Positions 1-13,169 of a DNA stretch of 64,000 nt are shown here, piece after piece. The stretch lies in the NCBI RefSeq assembly GCF_006345805.1, contig NC_043000.1:153078001-153142000 (forward strand). The letters are read 5' to 3'. This DNA is from Octopus sinensis (Eukaryota). The translations under genes were made by a program, and so were the position numbers. The notes beneath the pieces are model-generated. The model was not told where the DNA came from. It did not search any database and saw only the letters and a list, made by a program, of their open reading frames with translations. Each line of letters begins with the position of its first letter. The first letter of the stretch is position 1.

Positions 1-47
1 GCGTACAAGAAATACTTGCTACAATAAGCATTGAGAACTTTTCTACA

Positions 48-140
<93 letters not shown>

Positions 141-144
<4 letters not shown>

Positions 145-445
145 GGATAAATGAACACTTCAAACCTGACTTCATCACCAAGGCCATACGCCTGGCACTA
201 GAAGAAAACACCTTTAGATTCGATGATAAAACATATCGACAATTAATGGGCACAACAATGGAGAAGCTGTTTGCACCCTCATATGCTAACATAGTCAGGG
301 GATACTTGGAAAAAAATATTTATGAGGAAGTAGAGAGAGCTTTTAATCAAGATTAGAAAAATACATCATTAAAATGGGGAAACGCTTCCTCGATGACTGC
401 GTCATCTTTTGAGACAAATCAAATGAGGACCTACAAATATTTGAT
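141..445 (+). pseudogene. Penelope-like element reverse transcriptase fragment
   Basis: Manual translation TFRFDDKTYRQLMGTTMEKLFAPSYANIVRGYLEKNIY, then after a stop and frameshift KRFLDDCVIF*. This matches the PLE RT QxxGxxMG..AP..AN and RF(L)DD motifs. Confidence 0.8.
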
Positions 446-1034
446 AACTGCACCCTCCCTACTTTTCTTATTCTCCCACCCTACTTCTTAACATTGACAT
501 CTTTGAAAGGTCACCAGCCCTTTTAAGAAAATGTGTTTGTTTACAAATATATTGATAGGTATACAATAGAAAGAAAATAGAAAGGAGAAAGAAAAACAAG
601 AAAAATACTTTGTAATGAAATTTCAATGAATTGACTGCATCAAATTGAAAAGAAATCCCTCTCTCTCTATCTGTCCTATCCTTTCCCCACGCTTTATTAT
701 TATTCTTTCTCTACTTCCTTGATTTTCCTGAAACCTTTCTGTCTCCCCTCACCTCTTTGCTTTTCTTTCTCTCTCCATTTTTCCAAAAGCAAAAAACAAA
801 ACAAAGAAAAACAATATCCTCCTCTTCCCAACAAAGCATAAAAACTGATTCATATAAACCAACAACGAAGCGTTCTGTTTTTACCATTTTGATTTTGATT
901 TTGTCTTCAGTTCGGAAAACGAACGAAAGCACTATTATTCAAAGTTCTGACTGCCCCTTTTGTCTCAATATACAATATCTGTACACCACTTCAAACACTT
1001 TATACATACATACATACATACATACATACATACA

Positions 1035-1068
<34 letters not shown>

Positions 1069-1084
1069 CATGTATACACCCACC

Positions 1085-1115
<31 letters not shown>

Positions 1116-2109
1116 GCATATATATCTGTGTTTATAGTGAATTCTGGAAGTCACTGTATGATAATTCTCATCGCGGCTCTTGTATGAAATTTTCTTTAAA
1201 TTATGCAAAAACCATCTGGAATCTTTTAAACAAGCTTTTATTCTCGCAAATAATGATTGAAGATTCTGAAATCTATTTTAGTTTGCATGACGAAAGGAAA
1301 AATGGGAAGATATAATGTAAACAAAGAAATAATGCTCTTATACTCAGCATATTGCATTATTTAAAAATACATGCATACACAGAAACATGCTTACACACGC
1401 ATACTCACAAATGGGGAGGATTTTCCCCTGAAATTATTTCCGGAGCGAAATGCTTTCCTACGTCCGAGTGTACACGAGAATGTTAGATGTGATTCTACTC
1501 CCGTTTAGAGTACTTACCGTCCTTTTTAGATATAAATCTTATTTGAAAAATACACAATGTATGGGATTAGCTGTGAACTTAATCTTGGTCTGCTTGGCAT
1601 CCTTCTTCATGTTCCTGAAATTCATATCTACAGCTTTATCAGTATATTTACCTTCTCTAGGATGTTACTAATTGATTTGAGAACTTTTCATTGTTGGAAA
1701 ACCTTTATGAAATTAGCTGAAGATTACGTGACATATTATATCTGCAGTAATATTTGCAGCTTTAATAAATTGTTATAGTATGAAACAATTGTACTAAATT
1801 ACCGGATCCATTCTTGTTGCTTATTTTTGGTTATTTGAAAAATAGGTAGAAGTTAGTGACAAGAAAGACAGCCGGCTGTAACATACGGTCTCCTTAAAAT
1901 ATATTCCTCTAGCCCTTACTACACACAGACACACACATACACACATAGACACGTACACACATAATGCATGCATACATACATACATACATACATGCATACA
2001 TACATACATACATACATTGCATACGTGTGTAACTCTTACCGGTTTCAGCTCGAGAGCTGTGGCCGTGCTGGAGACACTACTGTTGCTGTTACTGGGTTTA
2101 TTTGCCTTT

Positions 2110-2600
2110 CTTGTTGTGGGGTTGGTTCATTCAGGTCTCTTGACAGTCGGCGACCCGGTCCTATTTTAAAACATCAACAACCAGCCCATGTAGGTCTCTC
2201 AAAGTTTTTCTTGGGTTATTGAAGAGCTGTGAACCCTTGAATCCCAAGCTATGACAGTGCATGGTCATGTATTTTGATGACAAGCGTAGGATCTCTGGCT
2301 ATGCAATGATGCCCTGGTTTGGCATTTGTATATCTTTTAACGCTAGTGTGGGCCAAGTCCTTCTAGATATACATTATGGTATATCTTTCCTGCCTTCTCT
2401 CTAGAGAGCAGATTCTTAACGTCTTGAATCTTTTCCAGTAGTTTTGAAACAATCTTCTTTGTGTAGCTTCGTCGGATCGCTTCGGGTTCCTCCATTAATT
2501 TTACACTGTATGTTGACTACATTTGGAAGCAGTAGTCACAACGGCTGAGAAAAATGTCCTCTAGAACACTATCATGGTTTCTAGAAAATCCATCGGGCTA
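2110..2600 (-). mobile_element. CR1/L2-group LINE 3' RT fragment (degenerate)
   Basis: Minus strand reads NYWKRFKTLRICSLERRQERYTIMYI, like the LYSLERRRER motif. Same family as 54270-54770. Confidence 0.7.
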
Positions 2601-2629
2601 GCTGCCTGCACTTCATTTGGATTGGAAGC

Positions 2630-3005
2630 ACTCCGTCGGTTACGACGACGAGGGTTCCGATTGATCCGATCAACGGAACAGCCTGCTCGTGAAATTAACG
2701 TGTAAGTGGCTGAGCACTCCACAGACACGTGTACTCTTAACGTACTTCTCGGGGATATTCAGCGTGACACAGAGAGTGACAAGGCTGGCCCTTTGAAATA
2801 CAGGTACAACAGAAACATGAAGTAAGAGTGAGAGAAATTTGTGGTGAAAGAGTACAGCAGGGATCACCACCATCCCTGCCGGAGCCTCGCGGAGCTTTAG
2901 GTGTTTTCGCTCAATAAACACTCACAACGCCCTGTCTGGGAATCGAAATCGTGATCCTACGACCGCGAGTCCGCTGCCCTAACCACTGGGCCATTGCGCC
3001 TCCAC
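2630..3005 (-). mobile_element. tRNA-derived SINE, family C
   Basis: Minus-strand head gtggaggcgcaatggcccagtggttagggcagcggac...tttcgattccc with A/B boxes. Lies between two CR1 pieces. Head shared with 45832-46236. Confidence 0.85.
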
Positions 3006-3029
3006 TCTGCACTTTATTAACATCTTAGT

Positions 3030-3650
3030 AATATGCATATGGGAAGGTACATCGTTATTCATGTTCCGGGACTCCAGTTCCTCCTGGTCCAGTGTGTTTT
3101 CTCTGCATTACATTCATCTGCAGATGGAGTAAGGTTTAAAAGTTTTCAGCCTTAGACTGTATGTTGTTCTCCTCAATCCGCTAGCGTATTGCACCTGACT
3201 GTTGTTGCAGGTGCGTGATGTTTCCATGAATCCGCGTAACTTGTAAGATTGGCTGTCAATGTGACTGTGGGCATGTCAGAGAAAGCCACTATGAACAGCA
3301 GAGGGCCTGAGGGAGTGCTCTGCGGGACACCACTCACTATTAGCGCTTCGTTGGATTGTGGCTCCGTTGACTACTACTGCTTGACCTCTATCGTTTAAAA
3401 AACCATATAGCCATTCCTTCACTTTCCAACTTCTCTGAGATGAAGTAGTTCGTGCCATAATCAACGATTGACTTTATCGAAGGTTTTCGCAAAGTCGAGA
3501 TATATCACATACACATTTAAGTAATTACTTAAACACCCAGTAAATATGTTGTTAAGAGCAGTGTCAGACAACTTCTTGGTCGAAAGCACGTTGGGTGTTA
3601 GTAAATCATTATCTTCAAGGAACGGGATTAGTTTCCTTCTGACCATTTGC
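3030..3650 (-). mobile_element. CR1/L2-group LINE RT core fragment
   Basis: VIYLDFAKTFDKV, WLYGFLNDRGQAVVVNGA and SGVPQ..GPLLFIVAFSDMP..LTSYAD motifs across frameshifts. Confidence 0.85.
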
Positions 3651-3767
3651 TAATATGAGAGGTTGGAGAGATAGCCCTAGAGACTTTAGCATCGAATATT
3701 CGTTTCTTGAACAAATTACCCTCTCTCTTTGTTCCCCTCCCTCCCTACCTCTCTTCCCCCCTCTCTC

Positions 3768-4161
3768 TAGGTGCAAGAGTGGCTGTGTGACAAGAAGCTT
3801 GCTTCCCAACCACATGGTTCCGGGTTCAGCCATACTGTGTGGCATCTTGGGCAATTGTCTTCGACTATAGCCTCGGGCCGACTAAAACCCTGTAAGTGGA
3901 TTTGGTAGACGGAAACTGAAAAAAGCCCGTCGTATATACATACATGTATGTATTTGTGTGTCTGTGTTCGTCCAACCACCATCCCTTGACCACCGATGTT
4001 GGTGTGTTTAAGTCCTCGTAACTTAGCGGGTGGGCAAAAGATACCGATAGAATAAGTACTAGGCTTACAAAGAATAAGTCATGGGCCTGAATTGTTCGAC
4101 TAAAGGCGGTGGTCCAGCATGGCCGCAGTCAAATGACTGAAAGAAGTAAAAGAGTAAAAGA
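3768..4161 (+). mobile_element. tRNA-derived CORE-like SINE, family A
   Basis: tggctgtgtg A box, ggttcag B box, CORE-like cttgggcaa, internal microsatellite, (AAAAGAGT)n tail. Many copies in the window. Confidence 0.9.
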
Positions 4162-4208
4162 AAATATATACGACATGTATATAACATGTATATACATATA
4201 CTTATATA

Positions 4209-4249
<41 letters not shown>

Positions 4250-4300
4250 GTATATATATATATATATATACATATATATGTATATACATACATACATACA

Positions 4301-4336
<36 letters not shown>

Positions 4337-4374
4337 TATATATACACACACTCACTTTATCTATCTGTCTTTCA

Positions 4375-4437
<63 letters not shown>

Positions 4438-4470
4438 ATCTATCTATCTATCTGTCTCTCTGTCTCTCTC

Positions 4471-4501
<31 letters not shown>

Positions 4502-4516
4502 TATTACTTATATTTA

Positions 4517-4547
<31 letters not shown>

Positions 4548-4816
4548 GATATATGCATACATACACACATACACACATATACATATTTGGTGGATTCAGC
4601 ACATCAAATTTCAGTAACATACTGCACGTCTTTCCTTCTCTGCTGCACTGAATAAATAAATAAATGAAATAGATTTGTGTTCAATGAAATAAGATATTTA
4701 ATATCACACTTCACACAGATCTGACGAGTTTTCAAGTTTCCGAACCGGTTCCAATTCAACTCGTTTCTCATCATAGGTATAGGTAAATTATCTAAGGAAA
4801 GTCAATCTGTGCATGA

Positions 4817-4887
<71 letters not shown>

Positions 4888-5137
4888 AGAGAGAATTTTC
4901 GCGCGTCGGTAAGAAATAATATAACAGCTTTGAAAAAGATTTAAATTCAGTGTGTATAAAGAATATAAGGTAATTGCACTTCGTAATTCAATACTGTAAA
5001 GTCAGTGCAGCCTGTGATGCACAATTGCTACAGTGATATTTCTATGAGATTGCCAGATTTAAAGTATGCGTTACAAAAGCAGTTATGTAACAACACAGTG
5101 CAATAGAAAATCTGACGACGACGACAACGACGACGAC

Positions 5138-5170
<33 letters not shown>

Positions 5171-5463
5171 AAAGAAGATCCTTTCTTTGTTAGCTACAAA
5201 GGTTTGAAAAGATACAAAAACATGAAAATTTTTAACGAGGACTTACAAAAAAAAAGAAAAAAGTGGAGTGTGAAAAAAGTTTACAAATACGAAAGGGAGT
5301 GTGTGAATGAAGTTACACAATGAATGGAAGGAGGTATTTAAGATTTTTAAAAGTACATATACATATGTATACAGACATACATATGTGTATGTGTGTATGT
5401 ATATATATATATATATATATATATTACACACACACACATACACACTCACACCCATATATATAT

Positions 5464-5669
5464 GTAGTTAATCCAAACATGAACAAAGAGAAAACACAAC
5501 AACGCGAGGACGTGGAACAAGTATAGTGTTATTGGACGCCCAGGAAAGGAAAGAAAGAAGGAGGATTTAACGTTTCGAACGGACCTCTTCGTCAGAAACA
5601 TAGAAAGAGGAAAGGTCCAAGGAGGGGAAGACGGAGAAAGAAAATCGCCAACGATACACAAGCGGTCAC
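5464..5669 (-). mobile_element. Short non-coding hammerhead-bearing cassette, family X (PLE pseudo-LTR-like)
   Basis: Homologous to 15706-15903, 38471-38650 and 43061-43270. Minus-strand CTGACGA-agaggtccgttc-GAAA-cgtt at about 5565-5599. Flanked by microsatellites. Confidence 0.7.
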
Positions 5670-6519
5670 ATATATATACGCACACACATACACGCACACA
5701 CATGCATACATATGCACATACATATGTATATATACATATTTGCACAGAACTATGTAAGAAATGTACGATAATCAAGCAATAATTCAAACAAAATGCAACT
5801 GAGAGGAAATATTGAAGACTAAGGATTAGATTGAACTTCGGCACTCCACGACCCTGTTCTTAATAATAATGGCTCCTGATTTAGGAACAAGGCCAGTAAT
5901 TGTGAGGTTTATCGATACTATTGCTCTCAATAATTAACTGATAGGTTATTTTATCGAACATGGAGGCATGAAAGGCAAAACTGACCTTGGTGGGTTTTAA
6001 ACTCAAAATGTAAAGACCCAGAATAAATACCACAAGGTATTTATTTTCGATGCTCTAAGATTTTGCCGGTTCACCACATTTAGTGGTTTCTAATTTAGAA
6101 CTTTGAGGAGAGTGAATTAGTCGATAGCATTGAACCTATGTAACCTTAAAATTCATCAAAAAAAAGAAAAAAAATACTGACCAGGTGATCTGCCCCTCGC
6201 GAAGCCACTCACTTCTGGCTGAGTCTCAGCTGTCGTTATTTGCATTAAATTCCGACTTTGGTTCACCGCTACTCCTAAAACAGCTGGGGGAAAATGTTGC
6301 TTGATTGTCCGAAATGGTCAGGTATCAACATCACTTAGACCATAAAGGTATCTGTAAAACAAGCAGCTTGAAGACTACCCGGGCTTCATGGGACTGCAAA
6401 TTTCTGGTTGAAAAAATCTGTCCAGTATCTACCAAAACTTAATGTGTACAATAATACCGTAAAAATTCCCAAATGCTTGTCCGGCCCGCCGGCCAAGTTT
6501 TACACAAGTCATAAGTTAC

Positions 6520-7230
6520 TTTCTCTATACGATAAAAGGCACAACACCTTACAAGACTACAGACCCATTAACCGCCTATCAACGATGTATAAGATCTTTA
6601 GCTCTCTTATCATTGGGAGGAGCTATGCTTTTTTAATAACCAATTAGTAGATTCCAGCAGAGCATAAAGGATGTAGAAATGGAAGCCCCGGGTAAAAGAT
6701 TTGCACAGAACTAGGTAAATCAGGAGCCATTATTATTAAGAACAGGGTCGGGGAGTGCCGAAGTTCAATCTAATCCTTAGTCTTCAATATTTCCTCTCAA
6801 TTGCATTTTGCTTAAATTCACAAATAAAGTCACATTCGAAAAAAAAATCTAATCAAGAAAAATAACCTATAAAAATTTAGGTTGATGACCAATGTCTTTT
6901 GCCTTTGACAATGTACCAAATACCAGGATAAGGAAGAATCCTGAAATCTATAAAATCTACCCTATCTCAACAAATTTCATAAAAGACAGCATGAAAAATT
7001 GGAAAACACTCACAACGAAGAGTTACTAACATCGAAATCAGTCAACTTTAAGAATGAATGTGAAACAAAACAATAAATTGAACGATCTCTTTTATATGGT
7101 CCATGTGAAAACCTTCGCCAAGAATGACAACCAACAAACTGGTGGCCTAATGAAAATCGTAATGATATTAAAAGGGAGATCGAAATTTAAAAGTGCTAAA
7201 GCTACATTTAAGATAAGTGAGCTTACCGTA
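6520..7230 (+). mobile_element. R4/Dong-like non-LTR RT fragments (degenerate)
   Basis: DYRPINRLSTMYKIFSSLI...IPAEHKGCRNGS, AFDNVP..IYKIYP..KDSMKNWKT and NDLFYMVHVKTFAKND match YRPITCL / EQKGCR / AFDSVPH / HLFYMDDLKLFAKN. Confidence 0.7.
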
Positions 7231-7768
7231 ACATCAAACACACTTTGACAATGTCATCCAAATCAAGTAACTTGATCAAGAGGCCATATTTAGGTACCTG
7301 TGTATGAATAAAGAAGGCATACACAAAAGTGACCGATAGCCATAGATTTATGTCATGTCTGAAATCACTTGTGATTCTTGTGTTTCTTCGACCTCTGTAC
7401 CGGAGTAAAAATATATAACCAGTAGTATGTCTAGCAATTTCGGCCCATGTTTTGGCTGCATCTTCAACTTTAAAGTTACAGCATACAGTGCCATAAGTTT
7501 TCAATCGAGAGTTCCTCTCCCGATATGTCCAGGAGAGTCTGTTGTAAAAGTTGACGCGAGGTAAGATTTAGTTCGCTTCCATGTTTTCGTAAGCAGTGAT
7601 ATTATTTTCCTCTTTGCTCTCTTCTGGATTCACTCCTCTGAATAAGAAATGTTGTTCAGTTTTACGAAATTCTCCCATTTAGACTTTTCTTGCAACTGTG
7701 ATAAATCTAAAACTTCCATTGGTTTATTGAAATACGGGATGGTTTCCTTTCACACAGCTGCTATTTAA

Positions 7769-8000
7769 GGCGGCGAGCTGGCAGAAACGTTAGCACGCCG
7801 GGCGAAATGCTTAGCGGTATTTCGTCTGCCGTTACGTTCTGAGTTCAAATTCCGCCGAGGTCGACTTTGCCTTTCATCCTTTCGGGGTCGATAAATTAAG
7901 TACCAGTTACGCACTGGGGTCGATATAATCGACTTAATCCGTTTGCCTGTCCGTGTTTGTCCTCTCTGTGTTTAGCCCCTTGTGGGTAGTAAAGAAATAA
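7769..8000 (+). mobile_element. tRNA-derived SINE, family D (Meta-domain-like)
   Basis: ggcggcgagctggcag head, gagttcaaattcc B box, central gcctttcatcctttcggggtcgataaattaagtaccag. Four close copies. Confidence 0.85.
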
Positions 8001-8423
8001 GTATTTGACCTCATATAAGAATCGCTACTTCTATTGTTATCATTATTGTTTCAATCTTCAGGGTAATATATTTGAGTTTTTGGGACATTTTCTTCAACTA
8101 ACTGGCCAGTAAGCTCTTTATTTTTTCTTCCTCTTGTGCATTCAGTGAATTTTGATTAAGTTTTTTTTCACAACTGAAGTGTTTAGTCAATTAGCATAAT
8201 TATGTGTAGTAGACAGACTGGATGTGAAAATGTAATCTGTGTAAATAAAACTTTAAAAGTTTGAAAAAACAAAATCCGTTTATCTCTTACCTACCCCAGG
8301 GTATCGAGGGTAGCTTTCCTTTAGGCAATTATAATCCTTTTTTACAAGTTCTCACATGAAAACTCCATTTGGTAATTCTTCAATAGATCATATTTCGAAG
8401 AGAGAATCAAAAGTGCGCCTTTA

Positions 8424-8497
8424 CACCACCACCACCACCACCACCACCACCACCACCACCACAACCACAACTACTACTGCTGCGGCTGCTGCTGCTC

Positions 8498-8539
<42 letters not shown>
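8424..8539. repeat. Compound (ACC)n/(GCT)n/(ACT)n microsatellite
   Basis: Directly visible. Confidence 0.95.
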
Positions 8540-8892
8540 TCCGAGTACAACAACAATAATGAAGTATCATTAAAAATAATTATTAAGTACAAATAATTAT
8601 TAAAAATAATAATCATTAATAATCTTTATTTTCTCTAACAAGGCCTGAATTTAGAAGAGGGGAACAGCCAATTTAGTCTACCTCATGGTGAATCCATCCG
8701 ACCACATATCGCTGAACTTAACAGTTGACTTTATATTATTAGGCGACATCGGCGTCATGACGGCCATTTTGAAACTACGTATTAGTGGTCTCTGTGTCTA
8801 ACTGGATGTAATTGAATCCTGATAAATCCTTATGTAATATAACTTTCTGTACAATGAGTAGTGTACAATATTTACCAGTATGACTTTATAGA

Positions 8893-9155
8893 GTGGAGGT
8901 GAGTGCCTTAGTGGTTAGGGTGTCAGCATCATGGTCGTAAGATTGTGGTTTCGATTCCTGGACCGGGCGACGCGTTGTGTTCTTGAGCAAGACACTTCAT
9001 TTCACGTTGCTCCAGTCCACTCAGCTGGCAAAAATGAGTAATGCTGCAATGGACTGGCGTCCCGTCCAGCTGGGGAACACATACGCCATGGAAACCGGGA
9101 AACCGAGCCCATGAGCCTGGCTAGGCTTTAAAAGGACGCATTTATTTAATTTATT
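8893..9155 (+). mobile_element. tRNA-derived CORE-like SINE, family B, with 14 bp TSD
   Basis: gtggagg..cttagtggttagg head, tttcgattcc B box, gtgttcttgagcaagacactt core. TSD tatgactttataga at 8879-8892 and 9156-9169. Confidence 0.9.
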
Positions 9156-9740
9156 TATGACTTTATAGATAAGAAGCTCGCTTTGCAACTACGTAATTTC
9201 GGGTTAGTCTCATTGCGAGGCACTTTGGGCAGAAGTCTTTTATTATAGCCCTGGATCTACTAATGCTCTGAATGAATTTGGTAGACGTAAACTGTGAAAC
9301 TGTAGAAGCACGTCATATACATGTATTTGTGTGTGTGAGTGTGTGCATATGTGTGTATGTATGTGTATTTTGCATGTGCCCATGCGTATCTTTGTGATTG
9401 TTCTTCTACATCAGTGCTTGACAATTGGTGTTGTTTTTTTTTACGTCCTGGTAACTTAGCAATTCGGCAAAAGAGACCGATAGGATGAGTGCAAGACTCA
9501 ACGAATAGGTATTGGGGGGTAAATTTGCTCGATTGAACCTTTCAAGGCGATGTGAAACAGGTAAACAAATCACTGCTTTGCTGTCTATCCTAAGTCCAAT
9601 ACTTAACGTGTAAGACATTTGTGACGAATGGACAATGTCTTACTTCTACGAAATGCAGTCATCTTACCTTTCATCTTATCGTACACAATCATCTTACGTT
9701 TCTTATGTTTCGCCATGCTGCCAAATTGTTGTATTGTCAA

Positions 9741-10243
9741 CTAGCAGTATCGCCCGGCGTTGCTCGGGTTTGTAAGGGAAATAACTATATAAGCATTTTT
9801 AGAGAGTTATAGCAAAAAAATAGCAAAAAAATGCATTAAAAATGGAAAAAAAATGATGGTAAATTTTTTTTTTAAATCGTTGACTCATTGTAGACATTTT
9901 TAGAGAGTTACTTTCCTTATATTATAGCGAAAAAAATGCATTAAAATAGAAAAAAAATGATGGTAAATTTTTTTTAAATCGCTGACTCATCGTAGACATT
10001 TTTAGAGAGTTACTTCCCTTATATAATAGCGAAAAATATTGCATTAAAATAGAAAAAGATGATTGTTAATTCTTTTTTAAATCGTAGACTCCTCGTAGAC
10101 GCGCACTAATACCCAGAAGGGCTCGATATGAATCACGACAATAAGATACCCGGTTTTGGTTAAACTGCACCGCAAAATGCGGGAGTAGTTAGGAATCTAA
10201 ATCGTAGGATACAGTCACATAACTTCTCTTTTATATATAAAGA
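9741..10243 (-). mobile_element. Non-autonomous Helitron, subfamily 2
   Basis: Minus strand A|TC...CTAG|T with subterminal hairpin cccgagcaacgccggg. Internal ~100 bp unit repeated three times. Confidence 0.85.
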
Positions 10244-10518
10244 TATGGCTTGGGAAATGAACACTCTCTTCAAATTCATTAATACCTTCCACTCATTAGC
10301 ATCATACAGAAGTTTAGTTTCGATCTTTCTTTTGTTTATATTCTTGCGTTCTCCTTTTTCACTCTCTTTGTCAATGAAAGGAAATTTGTGTTCATATTTG
10401 CGCTTTGTTGTGTCCTGTTTATTTGACATTTCCTCTGAACCCAGCATTTCTCATATGAGTTTGGCGTGATTTTTAAATTAATTTTATAAAAAAAAAAAGC
10501 CATTTTGTGGAGATTAGT

Positions 10519-11059
10519 TTCTTTCGTAACAATTACATTCCATCCAGCCTCTTGCTTATTTTATCATTTCGTGTGGATAAAAGATAAGGTCGACTGCAAT
10601 TATATTCGATTTTAGAGCTCTGAGGGTGAAATGTAATACTGTTGGGCTCAGTCTGACATCCTGTCATTTCTGCCGTCTATTCGTGTCATTGAGAAGTGAT
10701 TTATACCCCTAGTTAATGTAAAGTAAAATACGGGTTTGTGGTATAATACATTTTGCAGGGATCCGACAGGCCATAATGGAACTACGAGGTGAATTAGAAT
10801 TAAAGAATAGTTTTTCAATTAATGAAGATATTATTACTACCTCTTTAACTTATCAAACTATTTACAAATATTTAAAGATTAGTGAACATAGCCTTATGAA
10901 TTTTTAGCTGTGATCTAGTTTGCAAAGATTTGATCTGTTGGAAAACAACAAAGTGCAACTTTGTACTGGTCCTGCATCGGATTTTGTGTATCAGTAAGGA
11001 CACTCTAAAATGGCTGACTGAAATGCCGCCAGAACATACTTCCAGGATGCATCACTTTT
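10519..11059 (+). repeat. ~540 bp dispersed direct repeat, copy 1
   Basis: Highly similar to 17735-18293, which has an extra 17 bp. Confidence 0.95.
10759..10788 (+). CDS. Candidate 30-nt micro-exon (xDPTGHNGTT), copy 1
   Basis: cattttgcag|GGATCC...ACGAG|gtgaat, phase 2-2 with no stop. Splice signals only, no transcript evidence. Confidence 0.3.
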
Positions 11060-12274
11060 ACAACGCTCACATTCAACAATTTCGCTTCACTCTTGTAGTA
11101 CAATATTTTTCGGGAATTGAAGTATATCACACACTACTTTCAAAAGTATTCATTATATGTCTGGTTTCATTTTCTACATTTCCCAAGATAAGTATAACTG
11201 TCTCATATGCTTCCCATTCGCAGTGGATTCATAATCCTAGAGCTTTATAGTTGCACGTGAATATTATAGATTTCTTCGGTCACATTATCTTGTTTGCCTA
11301 ATTGTTTTGGTGGGAAATCCGTTAGTTTTGGTGGGAAATCCGTTAGTATCTTAACTGCCTCGTGTGTTCTGCACGGCATCTATCATCTCTCATATCCAGT
11401 GTGGTCTGTGCCATGTGAGCAGATTTTCGCATACTATTTTCTTCCAGTCAGCACCACTGGTTGGGCCGCACGACCAGTTGAATTCTCGGGATTCCTAAAC
11501 CCCATAAGCCAGCTGGTGGTTTGCAATAATACTATACAGCGAAACTTTTATAAAGCTTGGCGTGAAACCAAGACACTGTCGTAGAAACTAACCTGCTAAA
11601 ATACCTTTCCAATCTCACCACTCAATGGTATTTGTACATAACCCTGATTCTTTGGTCCGTGGTCTTCTTGTCTCAACTGAAAAATATTAGTTATTTCTCG
11701 CATCCCTTATTTTAGGTCGAGAGACTTAAAACTATGTTGTAGAAAATATTTCATATATTTTTCATTAACGGTTGTGGCCCTGTCCCATGGATCTGAAAAT
11801 CTTTGTCTAAATCTGTTTTCTTTTCATTTCCGATAAACACAAACGCATTGATGTGTGTTTATTATTGACGTAATCAACCTCCTGAGATACTGAAAATCTT
11901 TTCGACACGCGAGTTCACATCAAGAATCTTGTAACAGAAATTCAAACACGAAATATTTTATCACAACCTCCTTGATTTATGAAGTTGTTGTAACAAGTAC
12001 TTGGCCATTAAGTGTTATGAACTTCTCTTTGATCTAGTTGTAAGCTCTGCTTCTTAACAATTTTGTACTTAACATATGGGAACCCGAACAGATTTGGTAA
12101 AATATATTTTTTCTCTTTTGCAGATTTATTTGATTGGACACTTTAACATTTTTAAAAGCGAGGGTAAATGAGGTTAATAATGAAATGAAAACTGATTTGC
12201 TAGTAATCCCTTTTATTAATGCAATTATAACTGGGATTGAAAAATAAGCGTAGATAAATTTTGAAATTAATGTT

Positions 12275-12668
12275 AGGAGTGGTTGTGTGGTAAGTAGCTT
12301 GTTTACCAACCACATGGTTCCGGGTTCAGTCCCACTGCGTGGCACCTTGGGCAAGTGTTTTCTACTATAGCCTCGGGCCGACCAAAGCCCTGTGAGTGGA
12401 TTTGGTAGACGGAAACTGAAAGAAGCCCGTCGTATATATGTATATATATATGAGTGTGTGTGTGTCTGTGTTTGTCCCCCTAGCATTGCTTGACAACCGA
12501 TGCTGGTGTGTTTACGTCCCCGTTACTTAGCGGTTCGGCAAAAGAGACCGATAGAATAAGTACTAGGCTTACAAAAGAATAAGTCCCGGGATCGAGTTGC
12601 TCGGTTAAAGGCGGTACTCCAGCATGGCCGCAGTCAAATGACTGAAACAAGTAAAAGAGTAAAAGAGT
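12275..12668 (+). mobile_element. SINE family A, full length
   Basis: Complete head, core and (AAAAGAGT)n tail. Confidence 0.92.
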
Positions 12669-13169
12669 ATACTAGCATATGGTGATGTTCGAAATTTTGC
12701 TAACGTCCATAATTTTAAACTAACATGTTCAATTGTAAATTAATGTTAAAAGTTCACTCAGCTGCCAAGCTGTATCGGCCTTTGTCTTTCCTTTGGATAA
12801 CATCGGTGGTTTGTAGAGGTGAGGCTGGTAAGGTTGGGTGACTGCTGGTCTTCCATAAACAACCTTGCCTAAACTTGTGCCTCGGAGGGTAACTTTCTAG
12901 GTGCAATCCCATGGTCATTCATGATCAAAGAGTGTCTTTATCCTTTAATGTAAAAGATAACATCAACTGTAATCAGAGGCAGGAAAAAAATGCATGATTC
13001 CTCTGTTACCGTAATTTCTATAACTTTGTAATTGAGAAGTTTGGAAGGCGTTAACTAAAAATTGAGAACCTATCTGTAATGAAATATTAATTATAGATTA
13101 CCATTCTCCGAGAGAAAAAAAACAGTCTTAATGATAAAATACTTTTATCTCATTCATTTTACTATCCAA

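Noticed and set aside
1518-1614. Minus-strand exon-like segment with a strong GTAAGT donor
   Set aside because: Stops in all three frames.
4715-4775. ctgacga...ccgaaccggttc as a hammerhead, or cacag|...|gtatag as an exon
   Set aside because: GAAA is incomplete and stems I and II do not pair. The exon reading rests on a weak acceptor only.
7300-7740. Minus-strand ORF-like stretch, possibly a LINE ORF1
   Set aside because: No diagnostic motif recognised.
11350-11640. LWGLGIP, resembling the L1/Tx1 GGLG motif
   Set aside because: A single short motif is too weak to call.
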